The notes beneath the pieces were generated by a model. The model saw only the letters and a list, made by a program, of their open reading frames with translations. It ran no database searches and was not told the origin of the DNA. The translations under genes and the position numbers were made by a program. Shown here piece after piece: positions 8,045 to 18,162 of a DNA stretch of 44,636 nucleotides. Source of the DNA: Patescibacteria group bacterium (GTDB taxonomy: Bacteria > Patescibacteriota > Microgenomatia > UBA1400 > PJMF01); the NCBI GenBank assembly GCA_018816385.1, contig JAHIVK010000054.1, positions 1 to 44,636 of the forward strand. Direction: 5' to 3'. Position 1 is the first letter of the stretch, and each line of letters starts with the position of its first letter.

Positions 8045-11000
8045 TTATGTGGCTTTTTCTATGATGAAAAAATTATCGAAAGATGTCCAAGAAGGTTCAG
8101 CCACGTCAATACTACCCCCGAGTGAATCATAGTATTTTTTTAGTTTGAGATTACTTTCGTTGATAAAATATTCTCCCGAAATTGGTTTTATATGATACCC
8201 TCTTGATTCAAGTACCTTGAGAACATCAGCTCTAGCAGTGAATCGATGCGTATTAAATATGATTGATAATTCCGGAGTATTTAATATCCTGTCGACCATA
8301 TGCAAAATCATTTCGCTGGAAAAATGCTCGCTAAAGTTTTGATACTGTGGATTCACATATTCGCGATCAATCAAGATTGCTAATCTTGGTTGATTGTCCC
8401 CTGAGAGTCGAACTTGAGAAAGTTCAACGAAACTTCTTGCCAATCTATTTCTTTCGCCATGTCTGATTTCAAAAATATCAATCATTTCATTAGAGCCATC
8501 CAATAAACGAGAGTAAGCTGCATGATTGTGGCCAGTTGGTTCTGTTAATCTTTGACAACTCAAAGTGATATCGGGTGCTCTTGCCAGATTTCTAAATGCG
8601 ACTGTCGTCTCGGTTTCAAAGACAGTTTGTCCCGAGACACTTTCTTCACTCATAGTACTTTTTAATTTATCTAAATCAGATAAAACTTCTTCTTCCAATG
8701 CTCTTGTGTTTGCATCTGTTGACCTTCTTTCGGGATCTATTATTCCCAACCTTTTCAAAGCACTAAAAAATTCTCCAACAAGCTTGTCAATTTCATTGAG
8801 ATAATCTCGTTGGGCTTTGAACTTATCTTCACTGATTGTTCCCAATTTATACAGTGCTTTTAATATAACCGATATTCCCTGATATGTTCCCAGACTTTTT
8901 CCTAATTTTCCCTTTTCTTCCCTTGGTGTTTCAGGATTTTTAAGTTTAGTTTGCGCATCTTTAATAAATGTCATGACTGCTCGATATATATTCGGTAAAT
9001 CTTGGCGTATCACTCCTTCTAAAGTCATCAAGTACCGCTTATATATCTTAAGCTGTTCAGCTTCTGAGTCACTAGCATTTTCCTTTTCAATTCTCGCTTC
9101 AAGCTCTTTGATTTTTGCGGAAAATAGTTCTCTCAGGTGAATAGACAAATCCGACTGGACAATATCTTTGATTCTCTTGAGACGATGTGTGGTAGATTCT
9201 TCAGACGTAATGACATTGCCATTGACACGCAATCTTCTTCTTGGAGTTAAATCAAGCCAAGTTCGCATGACCCTACTTCTGACTTCTGGAGGGATGCCTT
9301 CAAATATCCTATTAAATTGATGTTCAGAAAGTTCAGCTCGTTTTTCTAAATAAGCTTGAGGATTACGCTCCAAATTCAGTTCAAGTGATTGTCTGATCGC
9401 ATCCATTAATATGCCAAATTGCGGACTTTGGCTTGAAAAACTCTGCCCAAATATTCCTACAGCCCGACAATTAATTTCAAGTATGTCATCGAACTCCCTA
9501 TCTGCTTTTGCCAGTTCTATTAATTCATTTTGTTTTGTAGCTAACTTCTCTTGTTCCAAATCAGAATATATGACAGGAATGGCCAGATCGACCATCATGC
9601 TGGTTAAAATTTCATTAGCTTCTTGAAAATTGGCTGACTGAAGCAATTGATTTTGCCAATCCGTAATTTGCGCGACTGCCGCGATTCTGGCATTGATGAG
9701 ATATTTTAGGGCTAATCGATCCAATTCCGTGGCTTTTTGTGAAATAGAAAATATTTTTGTAAGTACTTCATCTGGAATTTCACCATTCAAGATACTCTTA
9801 TTAAATTGGCCAATTCTATTGTGAGCATCTCTGATATTGGAAAAATAGTCATCTGAAAAAAGTTTTTTGGCATGGTTATATAGTTGAACATCGGCGCTCA
9901 ATGCCACAAACAATTTGAAATTATTTTCTGGCATTAAATCTTCTTCTTTGAGTGAATTTCTTGCTTCTTTGAGTTTCTCTTCTATTCCTGGAAATTGTGC
10001 TAATTGGGCGTAATATTGAAATAGATTGGGATTAAAAGTGAAGCCAAGATTATCTCGTAGAATATCTAATACTTGAAAAATATGATCGCGATCAGGAGAT
10101 TCCGTAAGACTTTTCAGAAGTTTAATGTGGTGAAAATTAAATTTGTAGTTATAGCTTGCCAGTCGAGTAATCACGTCTTTATTATCTTTAATGAAGATGG
10201 CAGCTGGAATTGATCCGATATTGAACTTTGCCGAAGGTTGGTCAATAAATTGATTATAAACTTGGACTGCGTCTATTAATTGTTCTTTTGTATAACCACT
10301 CTCAATAAAGGTTGTCAGTTCATGACTATCACTAATTGTTAAACTGTACTTTATCACTTCTCTTAAAATTACAACTGCTGTGGGCAACTGATCAATAACT
10401 GGTTCAAGCTGTAATAAAAAAGGCAAGTCTGTTATTTTAAAGACATACGGACCAATGTCTCTTTCGTCTTGAAAATAAGAGTCATCACTGGCTTGAACTT
10501 GACTTACTGTAGAAAGAAGTTTTGGCAAACTTTCCATGTGTGGTATCAGATGCGAAAGGTTTTTTATGTCATCGGCTCGAAATTTATATCCATGAATAAC
10601 TAAAAGATCAAGGTAACCTTCATGACTTGCTGATAATTGAAGCAATGGCATTAAGTCACTATTTTGAAAAGCATAGTGATATGTTTGTTGTAGTTTGCCA
10701 ATGAAATCATGAAAATCAACCGGAGTGTTGACAATAATTTTAATGTCCTTTAACTGAAGATTATGATAACCAAAGTTTTCACTAAGTATTTTAAATACTT
10801 CTTGCGTTTGTTTGGAAAATAACTTTGTTTTTAAGGCATCATCTTGAGATAACGCATCAAGTAATGTTTGTTGGTCTTTGATTTCGAACTTAGCAAAAAT
10901 TGGATAAAAATTAAATTGATCTATTAGACTGACCATTAATTCTCGACGGGGATGATCTATATTTAAGATCCGTTTGATATCAGGCAGACATATTTTATTT

Positions 11001-13036
11001 GATTGGACTTTCTTGATAAAATCTGAATTTTCTGGATTAAATAACTGCTGTTGTAGCTCTTTATCATCAAATATTTCCAGTAAATTAATTATTTCTTTGG
11101 CATCGACTTGCCACCCGAATTCTTGCATCAATCTGATTGTTAAAGCTTTCAATTCTGGAGACTCTAATTTACTTAAAGCAGTTGGGTCATTGGCAATAGT
11201 TTCAAAGGTTTCTACGTTTGGTAACATGAAAGAATCTGATAAATTGCAACCAATGCTCTCCATAGCGTTGATTATTGAAACCATATTGGGGTGATTCCCT
11301 AATTGAATGTAGAATTCTGGATTAAATGCATTAAAATTACCTCCTAATGCCCTGATGACTACTGTTGTGGAATCCCGTATAAAATTTTGACGGATTGTCG
11401 GATTCACAAATATCTCTGCTATATGACTTTTTCCCTCATAATAAAGATCAAAATTACTGGGTTTATATCCAGCTTTAGTTTTAAGAATCTCCAGAAATTT
11501 GAGGAAATCCTCATCAGTAAATATTTCCATTACATCGTGATTAGAGACCATTGAAGATAGAGTCTTCAAGTCAATGCTAAATTTCTCGATGTCTTGATAT
11601 ATTCTTTGTAAAGACTTTAAAATATAAATAGCACTTTTGCCCTTTGCTAGATCTTCTCCAAATAATTCGTTGAGATTGGATAATTCATCCACAGTTATGG
11701 GAGAACCTCTTATTTCTGCTAATAATTCAACAAACTCTCGGCTTTGAGTATCGCTCAAAAATTTTTGGATATGAGGTTGACTTAATACTTCCTGCAAATA
11801 TTGCACAGCTTCTTGTCGTACTTCTTGAGGTTTTTGCTCGGCTTCGTAACTGTCAAATAATGTTCCTAATGTGGGTTTGCCACCTAAGTAATCGTATTTG
11901 CTAGCATATCCAAGAGATACGCCAGAACGATAGAGGTCAACTATAAGTTTTAATATACCCGCTTGGTCAAGAGCTATTATATTTTCAAATATAGGTATGT
12001 TGCGTTTATAATTTGATGGTAAAATAACAAACTTACTTAAATAAGCAACAAATTCTAAGTAATTTGGGTTATTTAGAATTATTTGGAGTTGTCCAATTTC
12101 TGCAACACTTACTTGTATATTTAAGGCAGTAGACAGAGTATTTATTTTTTGGACCAAGTCTAGTGAAAATACTGTATCAAGATCGGGGTTTTGGGCAAGC
12201 TGAGTGAGAAATTCTATTTGTCCAACCTCAACAACTTTGCCATACGTAGCATTTTTCTGCGAGAACCAATCATTACCCCACCAAGATATATTTTGTGCAA
12301 GTTCGAGGACCCCTTTTGCATGGGGTGCAGAAAAAAATTCTTCCAGTTTTGCCATATAGTCAGGCGACTTCAACATGTAATCGCTAAACCAAAAACCAAT
12401 TTTGACCAATCCTTCAGCCAGTTCAACAGGGTGATTATTGGTAGAAATGAGGCCTTTGATGAGCTCGATATGCTTTTGTTCAAGTTTCAAAGGTACACTT
12501 CGATCAAGAGATAATTTGGCATGCTTACCAGTTTGATTTTCATCAATGTGGTAAATTTCTCCCTGCCAACCTTTTTTTTTCCACTCTTTCAGTATTCGCC
12601 TCTTTTGTTCATCTTTGAGACCCTTTGGTACTTCAACCTGTTTGTGCTGATATTCGTAAACTGTAGATTCAAAGTAATCTGCCAGTTCCAGAAAACGGTT
12701 TAAATCTTTTATGCCTTCAAGTCGAGCTTGGACAAGTAGTATCTGTCTATGGATTTTATCTGAAATTGATCGTGGTCTTTCTTGTGGCTTCTCAATTTTA
12801 GAAACTGGTTTTTCTATACTAGTAGCGGTTTTTTCTATAACCTCCCAGGTTTTTTGACTTTGTTGAGTTTGTTCAACCTGATGACGAGCCACCTCTGCTT
12901 GATAAAAGCTCTCTATATCGATAAACCTGCGTTGTTGAAGAACAGGTTCCTGAGGAAGAACCTCTGGAGTGACCACTGGTCTTGGTTCCTGTTTAATCAA
13001 TAATTCTTGTTTTTGGGGAACTTCAACATCTATCAT
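8045..13036 (-). CDS. Giant hypothetical protein (1663 aa) with degenerate helical repeats
   Basis: Uninterrupted 5-kb AT-rich ORF; no recognisable family. Confidence 0.85.
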   Translation of the reverse strand: MIDVEVPQKQELLIKQEPRPVVTPEVLPQEPVLQQRRFIDIESFYQAEVARHQVEQTQQSQKTWEVIEKTATSIEKPVSKIEKPQERPRSISDKIHRQILLVQARLEGIKDLNRFLELADYFESTVYEYQHKQVEVPKGLKDEQKRRILKEWKKKGWQGEIYHIDENQTGKHAKLSLDRSVPLKLEQKHIELIKGLISTNNHPVELAEGLVKIGFWFSDYMLKSPDYMAKLEEFFSAPHAKGVLELAQNISWWGNDWFSQKNATYGKVVEVGQIEFLTQLAQNPDLDTVFSLDLVQKINTLSTALNIQVSVAEIGQLQIILNNPNYLEFVAYLSKFVILPSNYKRNIPIFENIIALDQAGILKLIVDLYRSGVSLGYASKYDYLGGKPTLGTLFDSYEAEQKPQEVRQEAVQYLQEVLSQPHIQKFLSDTQSREFVELLAEIRGSPITVDELSNLNELFGEDLAKGKSAIYILKSLQRIYQDIEKFSIDLKTLSSMVSNHDVMEIFTDEDFLKFLEILKTKAGYKPSNFDLYYEGKSHIAEIFVNPTIRQNFIRDSTTVVIRALGGNFNAFNPEFYIQLGNHPNMVSIINAMESIGCNLSDSFMLPNVETFETIANDPTALSKLESPELKALTIRLMQEFGWQVDAKEIINLLEIFDDKELQQQLFNPENSDFIKKVQSNKICLPDIKRILNIDHPRRELMVSLIDQFNFYPIFAKFEIKDQQTLLDALSQDDALKTKLFSKQTQEVFKILSENFGYHNLQLKDIKIIVNTPVDFHDFIGKLQQTYHYAFQNSDLMPLLQLSASHEGYLDLLVIHGYKFRADDIKNLSHLIPHMESLPKLLSTVSQVQASDDSYFQDERDIGPYVFKITDLPFLLQLEPVIDQLPTAVVILREVIKYSLTISDSHELTTFIESGYTKEQLIDAVQVYNQFIDQPSAKFNIGSIPAAIFIKDNKDVITRLASYNYKFNFHHIKLLKSLTESPDRDHIFQVLDILRDNLGFTFNPNLFQYYAQLAQFPGIEEKLKEARNSLKEEDLMPENNFKLFVALSADVQLYNHAKKLFSDDYFSNIRDAHNRIGQFNKSILNGEIPDEVLTKIFSISQKATELDRLALKYLINARIAAVAQITDWQNQLLQSANFQEANEILTSMMVDLAIPVIYSDLEQEKLATKQNELIELAKADREFDDILEINCRAVGIFGQSFSSQSPQFGILMDAIRQSLELNLERNPQAYLEKRAELSEHQFNRIFEGIPPEVRSRVMRTWLDLTPRRRLRVNGNVITSEESTTHRLKRIKDIVQSDLSIHLRELFSAKIKELEARIEKENASDSEAEQLKIYKRYLMTLEGVIRQDLPNIYRAVMTFIKDAQTKLKNPETPREEKGKLGKSLGTYQGISVILKALYKLGTISEDKFKAQRDYLNEIDKLVGEFFSALKRLGIIDPERRSTDANTRALEEEVLSDLDKLKSTMSEESVSGQTVFETETTVAFRNLARAPDITLSCQRLTEPTGHNHAAYSRLLDGSNEMIDIFEIRHGERNRLARSFVELSQVRLSGDNQPRLAILIDREYVNPQYQNFSEHFSSEMILHMVDRILNTPELSIIFNTHRFTARADVLKVLESRGYHIKPISGEYFINESNLKLKKYYDSLGGSIDVAEPSWTSFDNFFIIEKAT

Positions 13037-13121
13037 ATTTATTTATCCATAACTAGCATACAAAAATTTGGAACATTAATAAAGATTCAGTGTCTAGCAG
13101 ACGTAGGATGCTGAGTACATT

Positions 13122-16046
13122 TTAACTGCGGTGAGCAGAGGCGTTAATCAAACCGCACTTCTTGTACTTCAATCCCGACCCGCAGGGACAGGGATCATTG
13201 CGGCCAATTTTGGCCTGCTTTTCGCCCGGTTCGGGCCGGCGGGCGGTAGCTCCTTTGGCTCCAGCCAAGGCTGAAGCAAAATCACCTTTTGAGGCAGAGG
13301 TTTTTTGAGGTGCCGGTTGAGGTAAACTGGCATCAGCTACCTCTTTGGTCAATTCTTCGTGAATATCATCTTTATGAGCCACCATTTGGGCTGGTGCTGG
13401 TTGGCGCATGGGAGCTTGATTCAGTTGGACTCTAAACATCCGACTGGCAATAGTTGATTCGGTCGTGCCCAGTAGGGTCTCAAACATGGCAAAAGCTTCT
13501 TTTTTATATTCAGACAAGACAGTTTGTTTATCGCCCCTCAGCCAAATGCCTTGTCTGAGTGAATCCATAGCATCCAGGTGGTCCATCCACTGCTGATCAA
13601 TAGTAGAGATGGTGACGACTCTTTCCAGCATCCGCATCTGCTCTTCGCCTATGGTTTGTTCTCTAGCCCCGTAGGTTTGTTGGGCTAAAGTCACCAATTT
13701 GTCGGTGATGGAATCGATATCATCAACTTTTTTTAAGTCTTCAGCTAAGCGTTGTTGTGAAGTCTGATCAAAAGGAATCAGTTTGGTGAACTCTTTGGCC
13801 AATGTGGCATACTCATTGTCTGTGTACTCATGAGGAGCGTGCAAACTGGTAATGGATTTAACTTCATCCTCGATATAGCCCAAAATTTGATCTTTAAGAC
13901 TGGTCTGAGTTTCTGATGTGGTTTGGCTGGCTTGTTCCAGCAATCGTCTGCGCCGGGCATAAATAATATCTCGTTGTTTATTCATCACATCGTCAAACTC
14001 CACTAACCGTTTTCTTTGATCAAAGAAAAATCCTTCAACTTTAACTTGAGCTGACTCAATGGATTTACCCACCATGCCGTGTTCAATGGGTTGGGTCTCA
14101 TCAATTTTAAGGAAATCCATAAGTTTGGAGATTTGTTCTCCGCCAAAAATGCGCATAATTTCATCTTCCAGTGAGATGAAAAATTGGGAAGCGCCCGGAT
14201 CACCCTGCCGGCCAGATCGGCCTCTGAGCTGATTATCGATTCGGCGAGATTCGTGACGCTCTGTACCCAAAATAAACAGTCCGCCAGTTTCCACCACTGC
14301 ATCATGATCGGTCTGCCACTTGGTCAAAGCTGTGGCGTATTCAGCTAATTTGTAGTTAGCAGGATTAACTGAGGGTGGCAGTTTGACACCAGCTGGAATA
14401 TTAACTTTTTTAAGTGATTTGGTGAGAGTTTTTTTGCGATAATCTTTAAGTTCCGGTTTGGCTCCTCCCAGCACAATGTCCACTCCTCGACCGGCAATGT
14501 TGGTGGCCACGGTGATAGCGCCTTTTTTACCCGCATCAGCAATAATAAAAGCCTCTTTTTCGTGATTCTTGGCGTTGAGAGTTTGGTGAGTGATTTTTTT
14601 GCGATCCAAGAAATCGGCCACAATTTGGTTGTGATTAATCGATCTGGTACCAATTAAAATTGGCTGACCTGTGGCGTGAAGCTCTTCGATCTTTCTGACA
14701 ATGGCAGAGTATTTGGCGGTAGTAGTCTTGTAGACAATGTCCAGCTTGTCCTGGCGAATAACCAGTTGATTAGTGGGGATGACAATCACATCAGTTTCAT
14801 AGATTTTTCTAAACTCTTCTGCCTCGGTTTGGGCGGTGCCCGTCATACCAGACAGTTTTAAGTAAAGACGGAAGTAATTTTGAATAGAAATAGTGGCTAA
14901 GGTTCTTGATTCCTGCTGAATTGGCACATCCTCTTTGGCTTCAATCGCCTGATGCAAACCCTCACTGTAGCGACGGCCATACATCAGGCGCCCCGTGTGT
15001 TCATCCACAATGATAACTTGCTTATCGCGCACAATGTAATCTTTATCTCTGGTGAAAATGGTTCGAGCTTTGAGGGCGCTCTCTACATGATGGATAACGT
15101 CAAAACTTTCTTCGTAAAGATTTTTGACACCTAGTTTTTGTTCCAGACGTTTAACTCCCAGGTCGGTTAAAGTCACCGAACGGGCTTTTTCATCAACTTT
15201 GTAATCTGCTTCTTTGGCCAAAGAAGTCACCATTTTGGCATACTGATAGTATTTGTCTGTCGGGTCGCTATCTGGGGCGGAAATAATTAAAGGAGTCCTG
15301 GCTTCGTCAATTAGAATTGAGTCAGCCTCATCCACAATGGCAAAGTGATGGGCATTTTCCTGGCGTTGGACCATCTGATCCAAGCTTTGGACCATGTTGT
15401 CCCTTAGGTAATCAAAGCCAAACTCATTGTTGGTGCCGTAGGTAATATCGGCTGAATAGGCTTGTTGGCGGGTGGTAGGCTCAAAGTGTTCCAGGCGCTC
15501 ATCTCCTCGATCCTGGGAATCTATGTCTGGATTATAAAACTTAGCTTGGTCATGAGTGATAACAGCTACTTTTAAGTCTAGGAAATGATAAATAGGTCCC
15601 ATCCAACCTGTGCCGGTTTCTGCTAGATAATCATTGACCGTTACCAGATGAGCGCCCTTACCCAGTAGGGAATTGAGGTATAGAGGCATAGTCACAGTTA
15701 AAGTTTTACCTTCTCCAGTTTTTTGTTCAGTAATGGTGCCATTATGTAAAGCAATAGCCGCCAGAATTTGGACATCAAAATGGCGTAAACCAATCACCCT
15801 TCGGGAAACTTCGCGGACAGTGGCAAACGCCTCTGGCAAAATCTGATTCAGAATATCTGTTTCGGCTTGATGCTGTTCTCTGCCTTGCTTAATCAGTTCG
15901 CGGAAAAGTTTGGTTTGACCTGACAATTTAGTATCACTCAAACCCTTGAATTTTGGTTCTAAAGTATTGACTTGATCGACAATTTTCTGGTAGCGATCCA
16001 GGGCTTTTTTGTTCTCGTCAAACAGGTTTTTGAATAGGCCTAACAT
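13122..16046 (-). CDS. secA: Preprotein translocase ATPase SecA
   Basis: KTGEGKTL, VDEADSILIDEARTPLIIS, DNQLRGRSGRQGDPG, C-terminal GRNDPCPCGSG; start moved to ATG 16046. Confidence 0.98.
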   Translation of the reverse strand: MLGLFKNLFDENKKALDRYQKIVDQVNTLEPKFKGLSDTKLSGQTKLFRELIKQGREQHQAETDILNQILPEAFATVREVSRRVIGLRHFDVQILAAIALHNGTITEQKTGEGKTLTVTMPLYLNSLLGKGAHLVTVNDYLAETGTGWMGPIYHFLDLKVAVITHDQAKFYNPDIDSQDRGDERLEHFEPTTRQQAYSADITYGTNNEFGFDYLRDNMVQSLDQMVQRQENAHHFAIVDEADSILIDEARTPLIISAPDSDPTDKYYQYAKMVTSLAKEADYKVDEKARSVTLTDLGVKRLEQKLGVKNLYEESFDVIHHVESALKARTIFTRDKDYIVRDKQVIIVDEHTGRLMYGRRYSEGLHQAIEAKEDVPIQQESRTLATISIQNYFRLYLKLSGMTGTAQTEAEEFRKIYETDVIVIPTNQLVIRQDKLDIVYKTTTAKYSAIVRKIEELHATGQPILIGTRSINHNQIVADFLDRKKITHQTLNAKNHEKEAFIIADAGKKGAITVATNIAGRGVDIVLGGAKPELKDYRKKTLTKSLKKVNIPAGVKLPPSVNPANYKLAEYATALTKWQTDHDAVVETGGLFILGTERHESRRIDNQLRGRSGRQGDPGASQFFISLEDEIMRIFGGEQISKLMDFLKIDETQPIEHGMVGKSIESAQVKVEGFFFDQRKRLVEFDDVMNKQRDIIYARRRRLLEQASQTTSETQTSLKDQILGYIEDEVKSITSLHAPHEYTDNEYATLAKEFTKLIPFDQTSQQRLAEDLKKVDDIDSITDKLVTLAQQTYGAREQTIGEEQMRMLERVVTISTIDQQWMDHLDAMDSLRQGIWLRGDKQTVLSEYKKEAFAMFETLLGTTESTIASRMFRVQLNQAPMRQPAPAQMVAHKDDIHEELTKEVADASLPQPAPQKTSASKGDFASALAGAKGATARRPEPGEKQAKIGRNDPCPCGSGLKYKKCGLINASAHRS

Positions 16047-16096
16047 GGAGGGCAATTATGGCAGAAAAAGGTCATTTTGGGGAGGGGAAAAAGGGG

Positions 16097-16215
16097 TTTG
16101 TCATCCTCGCGCCTTTTTGTCATCCTCGCGCCTTTTTGTCATCCTCGCGCCAGCGGGGATCCAGGGGCGCAGTTGTCAATCCTGGATTCCCCCCGCCTGG
16201 GCGAGGAGAATGACA
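16097..16215 (+). repeat. Family B REP-like bipartite palindrome preceded by 19-bp tandem copies of its left end
   Basis: (TTTGTCATCCTCGCGCC) x3, then ...AGCGGGGATCCAGG-spacer-CCTGGATTCCCCCCGCCTGGGCGAGGAGAATGACA. Confidence 0.9.
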
Positions 16216-16232
16216 ACTAACGAAAAAAGTCT

Positions 16233-17486
16233 CTACATCAACTCTTGAATAATTCCTGGGATTTTGATTTGCCCGTCCTTGGTTTGCCAGTTCTCTGCGC
16301 ACGCCACTAACAGTCTGGGTGTAGCCACCATGGTGTTGTTGATGGTGTAGACGTACTTGGTGGTGCCATCTTGATCTCGATACTTAATGTTCAGCCTTCG
16401 AGCTTGAAAGTCATTAAAGTAACTAGCCGAGTGAGTTTCCCGATATTTATTTTGAGCTGGGAACCAAGTTTCAATGTCAAACTTGAGGCGTTGGCCAGCT
16501 CCCATGTCACCAGTACACATGTTAACCACTTGATAGGGTAAACCCAAGTCCACCAACATACTTTCGGCCAACTCCACCATTTGCCCGTGCCATTTTTTGG
16601 TTTCTGCTTCATCAGCTATGGTATAGACTACCTGTTCAACTTTATTAAACTGATGAACTCGGATAATGCCTTGGGTATCTTTGCCGTAGGTGCCCACCTC
16701 CCGTCTAAAGCAAGGTGATAAACCACACATCTTAATAGGTAGATCTTTGTAGGAAAGTGTTTCGCCCGTACAGTAGGCAGTTAGAGCCACTTCGGCGGTG
16801 CCAGTTAAAAATTGCCCATCTTGAGTTTGGTAGTGATCCGCTTTGCCCCAAGGAAAGAAGCCAGTGCCCTCAAGAGCCGGTTCGCCCACCAAAACCGGGA
16901 CTGACATAGGCGTAAATCCAGCTTTGATTAATAGTTTTAGTCCGTACTTGAGTAAAGCCTGTTCCAAAAGTAGACCATCACCTTTGAGAAAGTAAGATCT
17001 AAAGCCACCAATCTTGACTGCTCTTTTGACATCAAGCCAACCTAAGTTTTCCATTAATGTCTGATGAGCTTGGGGGGTAAAGTCAAACTTTGTTGGTTCG
17101 CCAACTGTTTTAATCACCTGATTGCCCGATTCATCCTTGCCAACTGGTACGCCTTGAGCTGGAGGATTGGGCATCTCCAACATCAACTTTTGGTAATTTG
17201 TTTGGATTTGAGTTAACTTGGGTTCTTCAATTTTGAGTTGGTCTTTAATTTGTTTGCCTTGGGCAATTTGATCAGCTTGAGGTTTTTGACCTTGAGCCAC
17301 TTGAGTTTTAATCTGGTCAACCAAAGTGTTGCTTTGTTGTCTTAAGTTATCAACCACTAGTTGTTGGGATCTTCTGGCTTCATCAGCCTTCAGCAGTAAA
17401 TCAACTACTTTGGCATCCAGCTGTTTATCTAGACAAGCTTGTTTAATCAAGTCGGTATTATCTCTGATGTAATTAATATCTAACAT
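16233..17486 (-). CDS. serS: Serine--tRNA ligase
   Basis: MLDINYIR start, GTAEV, CFRREVG, GIIRVHQFNKVEQ, DFQARRLNI. Confidence 0.97.
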   Translation of the reverse strand: MLDINYIRDNTDLIKQACLDKQLDAKVVDLLLKADEARRSQQLVVDNLRQQSNTLVDQIKTQVAQGQKPQADQIAQGKQIKDQLKIEEPKLTQIQTNYQKLMLEMPNPPAQGVPVGKDESGNQVIKTVGEPTKFDFTPQAHQTLMENLGWLDVKRAVKIGGFRSYFLKGDGLLLEQALLKYGLKLLIKAGFTPMSVPVLVGEPALEGTGFFPWGKADHYQTQDGQFLTGTAEVALTAYCTGETLSYKDLPIKMCGLSPCFRREVGTYGKDTQGIIRVHQFNKVEQVVYTIADEAETKKWHGQMVELAESMLVDLGLPYQVVNMCTGDMGAGQRLKFDIETWFPAQNKYRETHSASYFNDFQARRLNIKYRDQDGTTKYVYTINNTMVATPRLLVACAENWQTKDGQIKIPGIIQELM

Positions 17487-17561
17487 AGTGGATTTTCTTG
17501 GCAATCAATAAATAGGTTGCTTGCGCTTCTCCAAATACATTATTTTTACGACAGGTCTATT

Positions 17562-18113
17562 TTACTCCTCCACTGGTTGGCTGTTAAAAACTTCTATCAA
17601 AAATGCTATATGAGAGTCTGGTTCAACTCCGATTAATTTAAAACCCTTTTGGATATCAGCTCGGCTAACTTTGGTGGCAAAACTCTTATCTTTGATTTTT
17701 TTCTTGACTGATTTGGGTTTCATATCGCCAAAACCACTGGGTCGCATTAAGGAAACCGCGTGCATTAAGCCGGAGAGTTCATCACAAGCAAACAAATATT
17801 TTTCCATTAGAGTCTGGGGTTCCCGACCGGTCAAACCAGGTGCGTGAGCAGACACGGCATCTTTAACTACCTGAGGATAATCTGCCAAAAGTTCTTTGAT
17901 GGCTTTGTGAGGGTGCTCATCTGGAAACATGTCGTAATCCAGGTCATGGAGTAAGCCCACTTGATACCACAATTCCTCATCTTCACCCAATTTTTGAGCA
18001 TAAGCTTGCATAGCCTGAGCCACCATTTCGCAGTGGTGAATCAGAGCTTGATTTTTAATAAACTCTTTGAGGAGCGTTGCTGTTTGTTGTCTGGTTGGTA
18101 AGTTATTTGTCAT
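17562..18113 (-). CDS. HD-domain hydrolase (HDIG/COG2316-like)
   Basis: LIHHCEMV, GLLHDLDY, ACDELSG. Confidence 0.85.
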   Translation of the reverse strand: MTNNLPTRQQTATLLKEFIKNQALIHHCEMVAQAMQAYAQKLGEDEELWYQVGLLHDLDYDMFPDEHPHKAIKELLADYPQVVKDAVSAHAPGLTGREPQTLMEKYLFACDELSGLMHAVSLMRPSGFGDMKPKSVKKKIKDKSFATKVSRADIQKGFKLIGVEPDSHIAFLIEVFNSQPVEE

Positions 18114-18162
18114 ATTGAGCTTTATTTATTGGCCATGGTCATCATTTTAACAGTTTTTATTT

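Noticed and set aside
7994-8051. Integron attC site (TAAC...GTTAAAC)
   Set aside because: L boxes do not pair, the other copy lacks the matching inverse core, and there is no integrase in the window. Kept only as an unexplained repeat.
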